Positions 17,707-26,881 of a stretch of DNA of 64,000 nucleotides are shown one piece after another (positions within the stretch are counted from its first letter, which is position 1; the number at the start of each line of letters is the position of its first letter). A program made the position numbers and the translations under genes. The notes below the pieces were generated by a model. That model had not been told where the DNA came from. It saw only the letters and a list, made by a program, of their open reading frames with translations, and searched no databases. Origin of the DNA: Candidatus Kapaibacterium thiocyanatum (GTDB lineage: Bacteria; Bacteroidota; Ignavibacteria; Kapaibacteriales; Kapaibacteriaceae); the NCBI GenBank assembly GCA_001899175.1, contig MKVH01000014.1, positions 8,907-72,906 on the forward strand, in the 5' to 3' direction.

Positions 17707-19164
17707 ATGGGATTCAACCTTACCTTCAAGAAGGACATCAACGAGCTGCAGAGCGATGCGGCTCACAACCATGACCTGAAAAGGACACTGTCGGCGTGGA
17801 ATCTCGTCGCCCTTGGCATCGGCGCCATCATCGGTGCGGGGCTCTTTTCGTTGACGGGGATCGCCGCTGCCGATCATGCCGGTCCCGCCGTATCGATTTC
17901 CTTCGTCATCGCCGCCGTTGGGTGTGCCTTCGCCGGACTGTGCTACGCCGAATTCGCCTCGATGATTCCCGTCGCGGGCAGTGCCTATACGTATTCCTAT
18001 GCGACGCTCGGCGAGCTCTTCGCATGGATCATCGGATGGGACCTTGTCCTCGAGTATGCCGTGGGTGCCGCTACCGTGGCCATATCGTGGAGCGCCTATC
18101 TGGTGAAGTTCCTCGAATACTTCAAGGTCCACTTGCCGCACTGGATGATGGCTTCGCCATGGCAGGTCGTGAAGATGGCCGACGGAACGGAGGTCAGCGG
18201 TATCATCAACATCCCTGCGATGGTGATCGTCTTCGCCGCCTCTTTCCTGCTGATCGTGGGAATCCAGGAGTCGGCGCGGGCCAACGCCATCATCGTCTTC
18301 CTCAAGGTCGCCGTCGTCATCGTCTTCATCGGCCTCGGCTTCATGTACATCAACTACGATAATCTCGATCCGTTCATTCCTGCCAATACGGGTACCTTCG
18401 GTTCCTTCGGATGGAGCGGCATCTTCCGCGGTGCGGCACTGGTCTTCTTCGCCTTCATCGGCTTCGACGCGGTATCGACTGCGGCGCAGGAAGCGAAGAA
18501 TCCACAGAAGGACATGCCCATCGGTATTCTCGGTTCGCTGGCCGTCTGTACGGTCCTCTACGTGCTGTTCTCCTTCGTGATGACGGGCGTGGCGAACTAT
18601 ACGGAGTTCAAGGGTGCAGCGGCTCCCGTGGCCGTGGCCATCGATCACATGAACATCGCCTGGCTGAAGCCGGCCATCAATCTGGCCATCATCGCCGGTT
18701 ATTCGTCGGTGATCCTGGTGATGCTGCTCGGTCAATCTCGTGTCTTCTTCACGATGAGCAAGGATGGCCTGCTGCCCAAGCTCTTCTCCGAAAGCCATCC
18801 CAAGTACAAGACGCCGTGGAAGAGCAACCTGCTCTTCGCCGTTCTCGTCGCCGTTTTCGCAGGTCTGGCGCCGATCACGCTTGTGGGCGAGATGACGTCG
18901 ATCGGTACGCTCTTCGCCTTCGTGATGGTCTGCGCGGGTGTCATCATCCTGCGCAAGTCCGATCCCGATCGCCCGCGTCCGTTCAAGACGCCGCTGGTAC
19001 CCCTGGTGCCGATTCTCGGTATCGTGGCATGTACGGCGCTTATGCTGTCGCTCGACCTCGAGCACTGGGCCCGTCTGATCATCTGGCTCGCCATCGGTCT
19101 CGTCGTCTACTACGGATACAGCGTCAAGAATTCCAAGGTTCGTCAAGCGGCCAGGAAGTCCTGA
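17707..19164 (+). CDS. APC-family amino acid permease
   Basis: 485 aa with 12 predicted TM segments. The N-terminal motif ...WNLVALGIGAIIGAGLFSLTG... is typical of amino-acid/polyamine/organocation transporters. Confidence 0.85.
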   Translation: MGFNLTFKKDINELQSDAAHNHDLKRTLSAWNLVALGIGAIIGAGLFSLTGIAAADHAGPAVSISFVIAAVGCAFAGLCYAEFASMIPVAGSAYTYSYATLGELFAWIIGWDLVLEYAVGAATVAISWSAYLVKFLEYFKVHLPHWMMASPWQVVKMADGTEVSGIINIPAMVIVFAASFLLIVGIQESARANAIIVFLKVAVVIVFIGLGFMYINYDNLDPFIPANTGTFGSFGWSGIFRGAALVFFAFIGFDAVSTAAQEAKNPQKDMPIGILGSLAVCTVLYVLFSFVMTGVANYTEFKGAAAPVAVAIDHMNIAWLKPAINLAIIAGYSSVILVMLLGQSRVFFTMSKDGLLPKLFSESHPKYKTPWKSNLLFAVLVAVFAGLAPITLVGEMTSIGTLFAFVMVCAGVIILRKSDPDRPRPFKTPLVPLVPILGIVACTALMLSLDLEHWARLIIWLAIGLVVYYGYSVKNSKVRQAARKS

Positions 19165-20579
19165 TGTCGTTCCGCCGCTCCCTCGGTCCGCTCGATGCCA
19201 CGATGCTCGTTGCCGGTTCAATGATCGGTTCGGGCATCTTCATCGTCAGCGCAGGTATCGCCGGTATGGTGCAGACGCCAGGTCTGCTGCTGGGTGTATG
19301 GGTGCTCACGGGCTTCCTGACCCTCATCGCCGCGCTCTCCTATGGAGAGCTTGCCGGTATGATGCCCGAGGCCGGTGGACAGTACGTGTACCTGCGAGAG
19401 GCCTTCGGGCCTCTCGCAGGTTTCCTCTACGGATGGACGTTGTTCACGGTGATCCAGACCGGTACGATCGCTGCCGTGGCGATGGCCTTCGCCAAGTTCA
19501 CGGCCGTCCTGATACCGGGCCTGGCCGAGAGCCAAATCCTCTTCCATCTCGGGCCGGTATCCGTGAGTGCGGCACAGATCGTAGCCATTGCATCCATCAT
19601 CGTGCTCACGGCCCTGAATGCCCGCGGTGTGAAGCTGGGCAAGATCGTGCAGAACATCTTCACCTCGACGAAGCTCGTCGCCGTCATCGGCCTGGCCGTC
19701 GTCGGTATCGCCATTGGGGTCGGAAGCGAAGCATGGACGTCCAACATGTCCGCATTCTGGAACGCTCCGGTCCTCGGCGCAGATGGTCCGTCCAGTATCC
19801 TGGCCGTGATCGCGGTAGCGATGGTGGGGACGATCTTCTCCAGCGACGCATGGAACAACATCACCTTCGTGGCCTCCGAAGTACAGAACCCTAAGCGCAC
19901 GATACCGCTGTCGCTGTTCTGGGGCGTGCTGATCGTGACGGGGCTCTATCTGCTCGTGAACGTCGCCTATCTGAGTCTGCTGCCCATTCTCGGCTCGCCC
20001 GAGGGCGCTGACGTGATGTCGCGCGGAATCCAGTACGCCGTCAACGACCGCGTGGGAACGGCTGCTGCCGAAGTCATGTTCGGAACGAACGGCGCCTTCA
20101 TCATGGCCATCCTGATCATGGTGTCGACGTTCGGCTGCAACAACGGTCTGATCCTGTCCGGCGCCCGGGCATACTATGCGATGGCCGTGGATGGCCTGTT
20201 CTTCGCGAAGGCCCGTACCCTGAACGGGAACGACGTACCTGCGACAGCTCTGTGGATCCAGTGCCTGTGGGCGGGTGTCCTGTGCCTGAGCGGTCAGTAC
20301 GGCAATCTGCTCGACTACGTCGTGATGGCCGTCCTCCTGTTCTACATCCTGACCATCGTCAGCATCTTCCGTTTGCGGCGCCTTCGCCCGGATGCCGAAC
20401 GTCCGTACAAGGCCATCGGCTATCCCGTCCTGCCGGCACTCTACGTCGTCCTGGCGTCGGCCATCTGCGTATGTCTGCTGATCTACAAACCGGGGTATAC
20501 GTGGCCCGGTGTCGGTCTCGTGGCCCTGGGTCTACCCGTCTACTTCATCTGGACGAAGGGGAAGGGGCGGACGGCGTGA
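19164..20579 (+). CDS. APC-family amino acid permease (second, tandem)
   Basis: Its start MSFRRSLGPLDATMLVAGSMIGSGIFIV overlaps the upstream stop (ATGA). The track ORF 18411..20579 is an artefactual upstream extension. Multi-TM permease. Confidence 0.85.
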   Translation: MSFRRSLGPLDATMLVAGSMIGSGIFIVSAGIAGMVQTPGLLLGVWVLTGFLTLIAALSYGELAGMMPEAGGQYVYLREAFGPLAGFLYGWTLFTVIQTGTIAAVAMAFAKFTAVLIPGLAESQILFHLGPVSVSAAQIVAIASIIVLTALNARGVKLGKIVQNIFTSTKLVAVIGLAVVGIAIGVGSEAWTSNMSAFWNAPVLGADGPSSILAVIAVAMVGTIFSSDAWNNITFVASEVQNPKRTIPLSLFWGVLIVTGLYLLVNVAYLSLLPILGSPEGADVMSRGIQYAVNDRVGTAAAEVMFGTNGAFIMAILIMVSTFGCNNGLILSGARAYYAMAVDGLFFAKARTLNGNDVPATALWIQCLWAGVLCLSGQYGNLLDYVVMAVLLFYILTIVSIFRLRRLRPDAERPYKAIGYPVLPALYVVLASAICVCLLIYKPGYTWPGVGLVALGLPVYFIWTKGKGRTA

Positions 20580-20663
20580 CAGGCCAGCGGCCCTGAAGGT
20601 TCTTCGTATCTTCGCCGTCTCCCGCTGTAACGTTCCCGTCGAACCAGCGATTCTTGCATCGTC

Positions 20664-23600
20664 ATGACCCAACGGATGCTTATGAACGCTTCCATCCGCG
20701 TTCTTCTCGTTCTCGTATGGTCGCTCTTCGCCATACGTGCCGCGGCACAATATCCCGCACAATGCGATACCCGCAAGGAATGCGTCGGTAATGCCGTGTC
20801 GTTGACGGTGTCGTCTGGCCGTACAGCGCACTTCATCGAGATATCCGGATATCCTACGCAACCCCGCCAGCAGGCGCTGACGGTGGAAATGTGGATCAAC
20901 CTCGAGCGTCAGGCAGGTAAACGACAATTCCTGGGTGGATTGTGGGGGCCGAACAAGGATTACAACGATCAGTGGGTCTTCTATATCGACGAGGCCGACA
21001 GACTGACCTTCGAAGTCAATGCCGACGCCACGACGCTCGATCAGGCGGATAACACGATCGCCAGAGCGTCGGCCTCGGGACTGTACGGACGTTGGGCCCA
21101 CGTAGCGGCGGTATTCGATGGCGGTGCAGCCACGGCAACGCTCTACATCGACGGTGCAGTCGCAGCCGGCCCGACCTCGAACCCGCAGTATCCCGCGACG
21201 TATCTCAAACCCCTCGAACGTCAGGACCTGACGACGCATATCGGCAGTTGCAACGGTCTGGCCGATAACGAAAACCTGAACAGGACGATGAAGGGGCTGG
21301 TGGACGAGATCCGCATCTGGAACCGTGCCCTCGCAGCGAGCGAGGTGCTGTGTCAGAAGGACCGCTCCCTCAACGGCAACGAGGCCGGGCTTCAGGTCTA
21401 CTACCGCTGCAACGAACCGGTGGATAACATCCTTCAGCTCTGCGATGCCACGGGGAAACAGCACGTCGGACTCCTGCGTTCCGGCGCGAAGAACGAACGG
21501 TCGAACCGAACGCCTCCACGTACCGTGACGGTAAGTCCGTCGACCATCACCGAAGATATCAATTGCGATTCCACGCGGACGTGGACCTTCACCGTCACCG
21601 ATACGTCCATCTGCGGTAGTTCGGCCACGGCCGTCGTGGCAGGGCCCGAATCGGCGCTGTTCACCGTCACGCCACGCAACATCCAGCTACTGCCCGGTCA
21701 GCCCGTCGTCGTGACCGTCGTCTATACGGGCACGAACGTCGGATACTTCGAGAACAACTTCGAGATACGTCCCGGAAACCGTTGCGGACAGGTGATGCGC
21801 GTAGCGATGAAGCTGACCCGCAACACCGAAATAAGCGTCTCGCGAAGCAGTATCGTGTTCGACACGTTGTTCGTCGGTTGCAAGGAAACGACGTCGATCG
21901 ACTCCTCGATCACGATCTGCAATACGTCGGACAAGGTCGGTCAGCCCCGTACGATCACTCTCACGAACGTCCTGAACAACGAGCCGCTGGGGTATCGCAT
22001 CATCAATGCGACGTTCCCGATGCAGCTCGCACCCGGGCAGTGCACGACGCTCGTCGTCCGTTCCTTCGTGCGCGACACGACGAACGACTACCTCGATACC
22101 CTGCAGATCTTCTCCGACGACAGATGTCAACGGACACCTGCGCGTATCGCGCTGAGCGGCAGGACGCAGGAGGTGATCTCGATCCGCAGCACCGACGGTT
22201 CGAAGCGCATCGATACCATGCGGTTTTCCCCGACGTGTCCGGATCTCGCCAGCAGCCCTCAATACTATACGTGGCAGAACCTGACGCTCGGTACGCTGAC
22301 GATCGACACGATCATCGTTCCGCAGGACTTCACGCATTACAGGATCAGATTCCCGTTCCCGCTGATGCCGGCTACGGGGTATGACCCGATCGCCATCAGA
22401 TTCCGTCCGCGCTCGCCCGGTATCAAGTTCGACAGCGTCATCATCCGTACCAGGATACAGGGCTGTACCATCGAGCGGGTCATCTACGTGACGGGCCGCG
22501 GGCTCGACAACAAGGTCTCGTGGCAGGTCAACGGCGTCGTCGATGCAGGATCCGTCATCGTCGGACAACAGACGACCGTCAACGTCGTCGCGAAGAATAC
22601 GAGTCAGTTCGATACGCTGAACGTCTCGCTCTACGTCGAACGGGGCGAAGCCTTCACGCTCCTGGCAGGAACCGGACGCCGTATTCCGCCTGGAGATTCC
22701 GTGACCATTCCGGTCACTTTCCGACCGACCGACTCGCTCGAGTATCTCGATCGCCTGTGCCTGTTCGAAACGCGATGCTATACCGTCGACTGCATCGACC
22801 TCAGGGGCAAGGGCATTCTCCGTACCTACCGGTTCTCTCCCATCGTCATGGAAACGGAGAACGTGGTGGCCTGCGATTCGCGCGACGATACCGTCCATGT
22901 CGTCAACATCACGAATCAGGCACAGACGATGACCGACGTGGTCTTCGCCGATCAGAGCGGGGGGCGAATCACGGTGATCAGCCCACCATTGCCATGGACG
23001 ACGTACACGATCGCCGCTGGAGATTCATTGCCGTTCATCTTCCGGTATACGCCGAACGACGTTACGCAGGATCGGGCGGACCGTGCCTACATCCGGTACA
23101 AGAGCGTCGGCGCAGACTGGCAGGTACAGTTGATCGCTACGTCGGCGACACCGAAGCTGTTCGTGACCCAGTTCACGGCATTCGGTACGGTAGAGGTAGG
23201 GGATCGCCGGCAACTCACGCTGATCGTGGAGAACACATCCGCACTCAAGGTGAAGGTCGACAGCCTGACCCTCGGTCCCGGCTTCACGATCGTCAGTACG
23301 AGCAGGCCCGTTCCAGTCGAGCTCGATCCGCGCGATTCCATCGCCGTCGTGGTCGAATTCGCACCGACGGCAGCACAGAACTACAACACCGATCTCACGG
23401 CGCATTCGACTACGCCATGTACGATCGAGGGTGCGGGCAACCTGCAGGGGCGAGGCGTCATCCTCGAACTCGAGAACGCCATCAGTCTCATCAACTTCGG
23501 ATACGTACGGCCATGCGAGTGTTCGGAGCGCATCATGCCGCTACTGAACGCATCGCTCGTCCATCCGATGATCGTCGACTCGCTATGGATCGACAACGGA

Positions 23601-25715
23601 GGGACGGCGTCCTTTACACCTCAGTTCTATGCATGGCGCTCGAAGTTCTCGCCGAACGGAACCTTCCCGTACGAGATTCCGCCCAATACGAGGGACACGG
23701 TCTATCTTACGTTCTGTCCACGGTCACCGGCCGTCGATACGGCCACGACATGCCAGGCCATCGCTCATGTCGCCGCACATGGTCCGGGCTGGTCCAGGAC
23801 GACGGAGACCTTCCTCGCAGGGAAACGCTCACTGACCTTCGCACCCGTGCCGACGCTCGTCCAGTTCGCACCTGGTCCTGTCGACGTCCTGAGCACGACG
23901 CCGTTGACGGTTACGGTAGGCATTCCGGACTTCACCGTCAACCCGACACAGGATACGGTGGTGATCGATTCGATAACGTTCGTTCCCGATGACCGCGTCT
24001 TCTTCATCACGAGTCCCGCCGCAGGGGCGATGCCGGTGACAATACGACCCGGGGAGAACCTCCAGATCGACGTCCGTCAACGTCCTCGTGCGCCGCGACT
24101 GTACGAAGCCCGCATGGTGTTGCACTACAGCAAGCCATGCAAGGGAACTGATACGACGGTCCTGGTGCGCGGCAGCGGCTATGCACAGACGAAGGGCCTT
24201 GCCTTCACGTTCGATCCACGACGTGTCGAGCCCGATACTTTCAATATGTATTCCTGCGATACGCTCGTCGTACCGGTCTATTCGTCGATCGTCATCGATG
24301 CCAGTGTGGTCGACATTTCGTTGCGCGTCGACTTCGATACGACGCAACTACGACTCGTCGACTTCCAGTCGCCGGTACTCGCACGGTCGTGTACGTCGAT
24401 TTCCGGCGGGATCGCCTATACGCCGACCCTCACGCATGTACCATCACCCTTCGGCGGAAGAGCGGTGACGTGCAAGAACTTCTGTGGCGTCGACTCTCTC
24501 ACGCCGTTCCTCTATGCGCGATTCGTGACGCTGAACAACAATGCTGCGAACAGTCCTATCACGGTGGACAGCGTCAATTTCGATACCGAGGACGTGATCC
24601 TGTATCGCCTCATCGCGACGGGCGACAGGGGGACGATCATCGCACGGCGCTCGGAGATCGAAACGCGGCTTGCCGTTGCATTCGACAGCGTGCGTATTCT
24701 CGACTGCGTGGATCGCCAACTGATCGTCCATAACGTCGGCGACGTCACGAATACGGTCGACGCACTGCTCGACCTTCCTGCCGGTGTCACCGTCGTGGGC
24801 AGCGTGCCCGCACTCGGCGACAGCGTCCTGCCGGGCGACAGTGCGGTTCTTACGCTGAGGTTCTGTCCGCGTGAGGAGCGCCCGATCGATACGAACGTCA
24901 TCGCCGTCAGCGCCTATCCGTGCGAGACACGCGATACGACGATGGTCGGTGGGTATGGCTATGCCCCCGAGTTCGACCTGTCGTTCGCAGCGATGACAAC
25001 GTTCTGGATACCGGACAGCCTTGGAGGTGCGATCGGCGATACGATCCATATCCCGGTCATGGTCGAGAAGGACATCAGCGCCACCTATCAGGGAACGACG
25101 TACTGGCTCAATGGCCTGAACTTCGGCATCGACCTGAGCTATAATGGACGAGCGCTGAAGTATCTCGATGCGGACTCGTTCGCGGAGCCGAATACGACCG
25201 TTACGTCGCCGATGCCCGGAGCTATCCTCATCGATGTCCGTTCCGCCGATACGGTGCGTGCAGGCCAACTGCTGCGATTGCGCTTCCTCGTCACCGTTCC
25301 CGATTCGATACGGTCGACGATGGCTGCGGTCGGTACGGGCTTCGTCTCGGATTCTCTGCAATTCCTCGACGTGGTACCGAAGACGATGATCACGCCGTTC
25401 GTGACGACCGGTTCGTGCAACATCACGGTACTGGAGTACACGACGGTCGGTGCCCCGGCCATGCGTATCGTGCCCAATCCTGCCGTATCGGAGGCGACGC
25501 TTCAGTTCCGCATGCAGGAAACGGTTCCTGTCACGGCCGTGATCTACAATGCGAGCGGACAACCCGTACGAGAACTGATGGATGGGTCGATGACGTTGCG
25601 TGGCGGAGAATATGCCGTGGCATTCACGACATCCGATCTCCCGTCTGGCGTCTATCAGATACGTCTGAGCGCAGGCATCTTCACGAAGACCGTTCCACTC
25701 GTCGTCGTCAAATGA
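20664..25715 (+). CDS. Giant T9SS cargo protein: signal peptide, LamG/ConA-like domain, many tandem Ig/ASH-like beta-sandwich repeats, type-A T9SS C-terminal sorting domain
   Basis: 1683 aa. The N-terminal signal is MTQRMLMNASIRVLLVLVWSLFAIRAAAQ. Residues ~60-230 are LamG-like (LTVEMWINLERQ…WAHVAAVFDGGAATATLYIDGA). A repeated ~100-aa module recurs (LxFGxV..G…TLTNVG…). The C-terminus MRIVPNPAVSEATLQFRMQ…SGVYQIRLSAGIFTKTVPLVVVK is a Por_Secre_tail. Confidence 0.8.
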   Translation: MTQRMLMNASIRVLLVLVWSLFAIRAAAQYPAQCDTRKECVGNAVSLTVSSGRTAHFIEISGYPTQPRQQALTVEMWINLERQAGKRQFLGGLWGPNKDYNDQWVFYIDEADRLTFEVNADATTLDQADNTIARASASGLYGRWAHVAAVFDGGAATATLYIDGAVAAGPTSNPQYPATYLKPLERQDLTTHIGSCNGLADNENLNRTMKGLVDEIRIWNRALAASEVLCQKDRSLNGNEAGLQVYYRCNEPVDNILQLCDATGKQHVGLLRSGAKNERSNRTPPRTVTVSPSTITEDINCDSTRTWTFTVTDTSICGSSATAVVAGPESALFTVTPRNIQLLPGQPVVVTVVYTGTNVGYFENNFEIRPGNRCGQVMRVAMKLTRNTEISVSRSSIVFDTLFVGCKETTSIDSSITICNTSDKVGQPRTITLTNVLNNEPLGYRIINATFPMQLAPGQCTTLVVRSFVRDTTNDYLDTLQIFSDDRCQRTPARIALSGRTQEVISIRSTDGSKRIDTMRFSPTCPDLASSPQYYTWQNLTLGTLTIDTIIVPQDFTHYRIRFPFPLMPATGYDPIAIRFRPRSPGIKFDSVIIRTRIQGCTIERVIYVTGRGLDNKVSWQVNGVVDAGSVIVGQQTTVNVVAKNTSQFDTLNVSLYVERGEAFTLLAGTGRRIPPGDSVTIPVTFRPTDSLEYLDRLCLFETRCYTVDCIDLRGKGILRTYRFSPIVMETENVVACDSRDDTVHVVNITNQAQTMTDVVFADQSGGRITVISPPLPWTTYTIAAGDSLPFIFRYTPNDVTQDRADRAYIRYKSVGADWQVQLIATSATPKLFVTQFTAFGTVEVGDRRQLTLIVENTSALKVKVDSLTLGPGFTIVSTSRPVPVELDPRDSIAVVVEFAPTAAQNYNTDLTAHSTTPCTIEGAGNLQGRGVILELENAISLINFGYVRPCECSERIMPLLNASLVHPMIVDSLWIDNGGTASFTPQFYAWRSKFSPNGTFPYEIPPNTRDTVYLTFCPRSPAVDTATTCQAIAHVAAHGPGWSRTTETFLAGKRSLTFAPVPTLVQFAPGPVDVLSTTPLTVTVGIPDFTVNPTQDTVVIDSITFVPDDRVFFITSPAAGAMPVTIRPGENLQIDVRQRPRAPRLYEARMVLHYSKPCKGTDTTVLVRGSGYAQTKGLAFTFDPRRVEPDTFNMYSCDTLVVPVYSSIVIDASVVDISLRVDFDTTQLRLVDFQSPVLARSCTSISGGIAYTPTLTHVPSPFGGRAVTCKNFCGVDSLTPFLYARFVTLNNNAANSPITVDSVNFDTEDVILYRLIATGDRGTIIARRSEIETRLAVAFDSVRILDCVDRQLIVHNVGDVTNTVDALLDLPAGVTVVGSVPALGDSVLPGDSAVLTLRFCPREERPIDTNVIAVSAYPCETRDTTMVGGYGYAPEFDLSFAAMTTFWIPDSLGGAIGDTIHIPVMVEKDISATYQGTTYWLNGLNFGIDLSYNGRALKYLDADSFAEPNTTVTSPMPGAILIDVRSADTVRAGQLLRLRFLVTVPDSIRSTMAAVGTGFVSDSLQFLDVVPKTMITPFVTTGSCNITVLEYTTVGAPAMRIVPNPAVSEATLQFRMQETVPVTAVIYNASGQPVRELMDGSMTLRGGEYAVAFTTSDLPSGVYQIRLSAGIFTKTVPLVVVK

Positions 25716-26881
25716 TGGATGTCGTCGTGCTCGGCGCTGGCGCCGCCGGATTGTTCTGCGCCGCAGTGGCCGCTTCCAGGGGCAAGCGCGTTCTGGTTCT
25801 GGAACACAACGATCGTCCAGGAAAGAAGATCCGCATCAGTGGTGGTGGTCGTTGCAATTTCACGAACGTCGGCACGACCCATCGGAACTTCATCTCCGAC
25901 AATCCCGATTTCGCACGCTCGGCACTCACGCGATATACGCCACAGGACTTTCTCGATCTCGTCGAGCGTCATGGCATCGCATGGCATGAGAAGAAACTCG
26001 GGCAACTGTTCTGCGACGAGTCGTCGCAACGGATTATCGACATGCTCGTGGATGAATGCCGACGCAGCGACGTCGAGCTCCGTATGCGTGTCCGGGTCAA
26101 GGGTGTGAGGCGCGCCGACGACTTCATCATCGAAACGGACGGTGGTGATATCCACGCTTCGCACGTCGTCGTCGCGACCGGAGGACTGTCCATTCCCTCG
26201 CTTGGCGCGTCCGATCTAGGCTATCGCATCGCGCGGCATTTCGGTATCGCCCTGGTGACTCCGGGTCCGGCCCTCGTTCCGCTGACGTTCGACGATGCCT
26301 ATGCCGCACGATTCGGATCGTTGAGCGGCATCAGCATCGATGCCGTGGCCAATGCCGGGAACGTGCCATTCAGGGAGAACATTCTCTTCACGCACCGTGG
26401 ACTCAGCGGGCCTGCCATCCTGCAGGCATCGTCATACTGGAAGCCCGGTGAGGGATTGTCCATCGATCTTCTTCCGGATCATGGATGGAACGATCTCATA
26501 CCCGATCAACTGCGTGAGCTCCGGACACTCGGTACCGTACTCTCGACCGTCCTGCCCAGGCGATTCGTCCAGCAGTGGAACGACGAGCGATATGGGATGC
26601 ATGTGAATCGGACGCAACGTCGCGTTCTCGAAGCTGCCGTCCAGGACCTGAAGACATGGTCGGTGATTCCGAATGGTACGGAGGGATATGCGAAGGCCGA
26701 AGTCACGCGTGGTGGTATCGATACGCGTGCGCTGTCGTCGAAGACGATGGAGGTACGGTCCGTGCAGGGGCTCTACATGATCGGTGAAGTCGTCGACGTC
26801 ACCGGGTGGCTTGGGGGATACAACTTCCAGTGGGCCTGGGCATCGGCATCGGCCGCGGGATCAGCGATCGCGGAGGCCTGA
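25712..26881 (+). CDS. FAD-dependent oxidoreductase, HI0933/YhiN (aminoacetone-oxidase-like) family
   Basis: MMDVVVLGAGAAGLFCAAVAASRGKRVLVLE is a Rossmann GxGxxG motif. ...GGGRCNFTN and the C-terminal GEVVDVTGWLGGYNFQWA are characteristic of the HI0933 family. The start overlaps the upstream stop. Confidence 0.8.
   Translation: MMDVVVLGAGAAGLFCAAVAASRGKRVLVLEHNDRPGKKIRISGGGRCNFTNVGTTHRNFISDNPDFARSALTRYTPQDFLDLVERHGIAWHEKKLGQLFCDESSQRIIDMLVDECRRSDVELRMRVRVKGVRRADDFIIETDGGDIHASHVVVATGGLSIPSLGASDLGYRIARHFGIALVTPGPALVPLTFDDAYAARFGSLSGISIDAVANAGNVPFRENILFTHRGLSGPAILQASSYWKPGEGLSIDLLPDHGWNDLIPDQLRELRTLGTVLSTVLPRRFVQQWNDERYGMHVNRTQRRVLEAAVQDLKTWSVIPNGTEGYAKAEVTRGGIDTRALSSKTMEVRSVQGLYMIGEVVDVTGWLGGYNFQWAWASASAAGSAIAEA

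Noticed and set aside
18411-20579. 722-aa ORF suggesting a much longer second permease
   Set aside because: The first ~250 aa overlap the upstream permease in another frame and are Arg-rich nonsense. The real start is the ATG at 19164 overlapping the upstream stop. The same logic applies to the upstream extensions of ORFs 25415..26881, 53909..58837, 35942..37267, 44735..47560 and 47779..48819.
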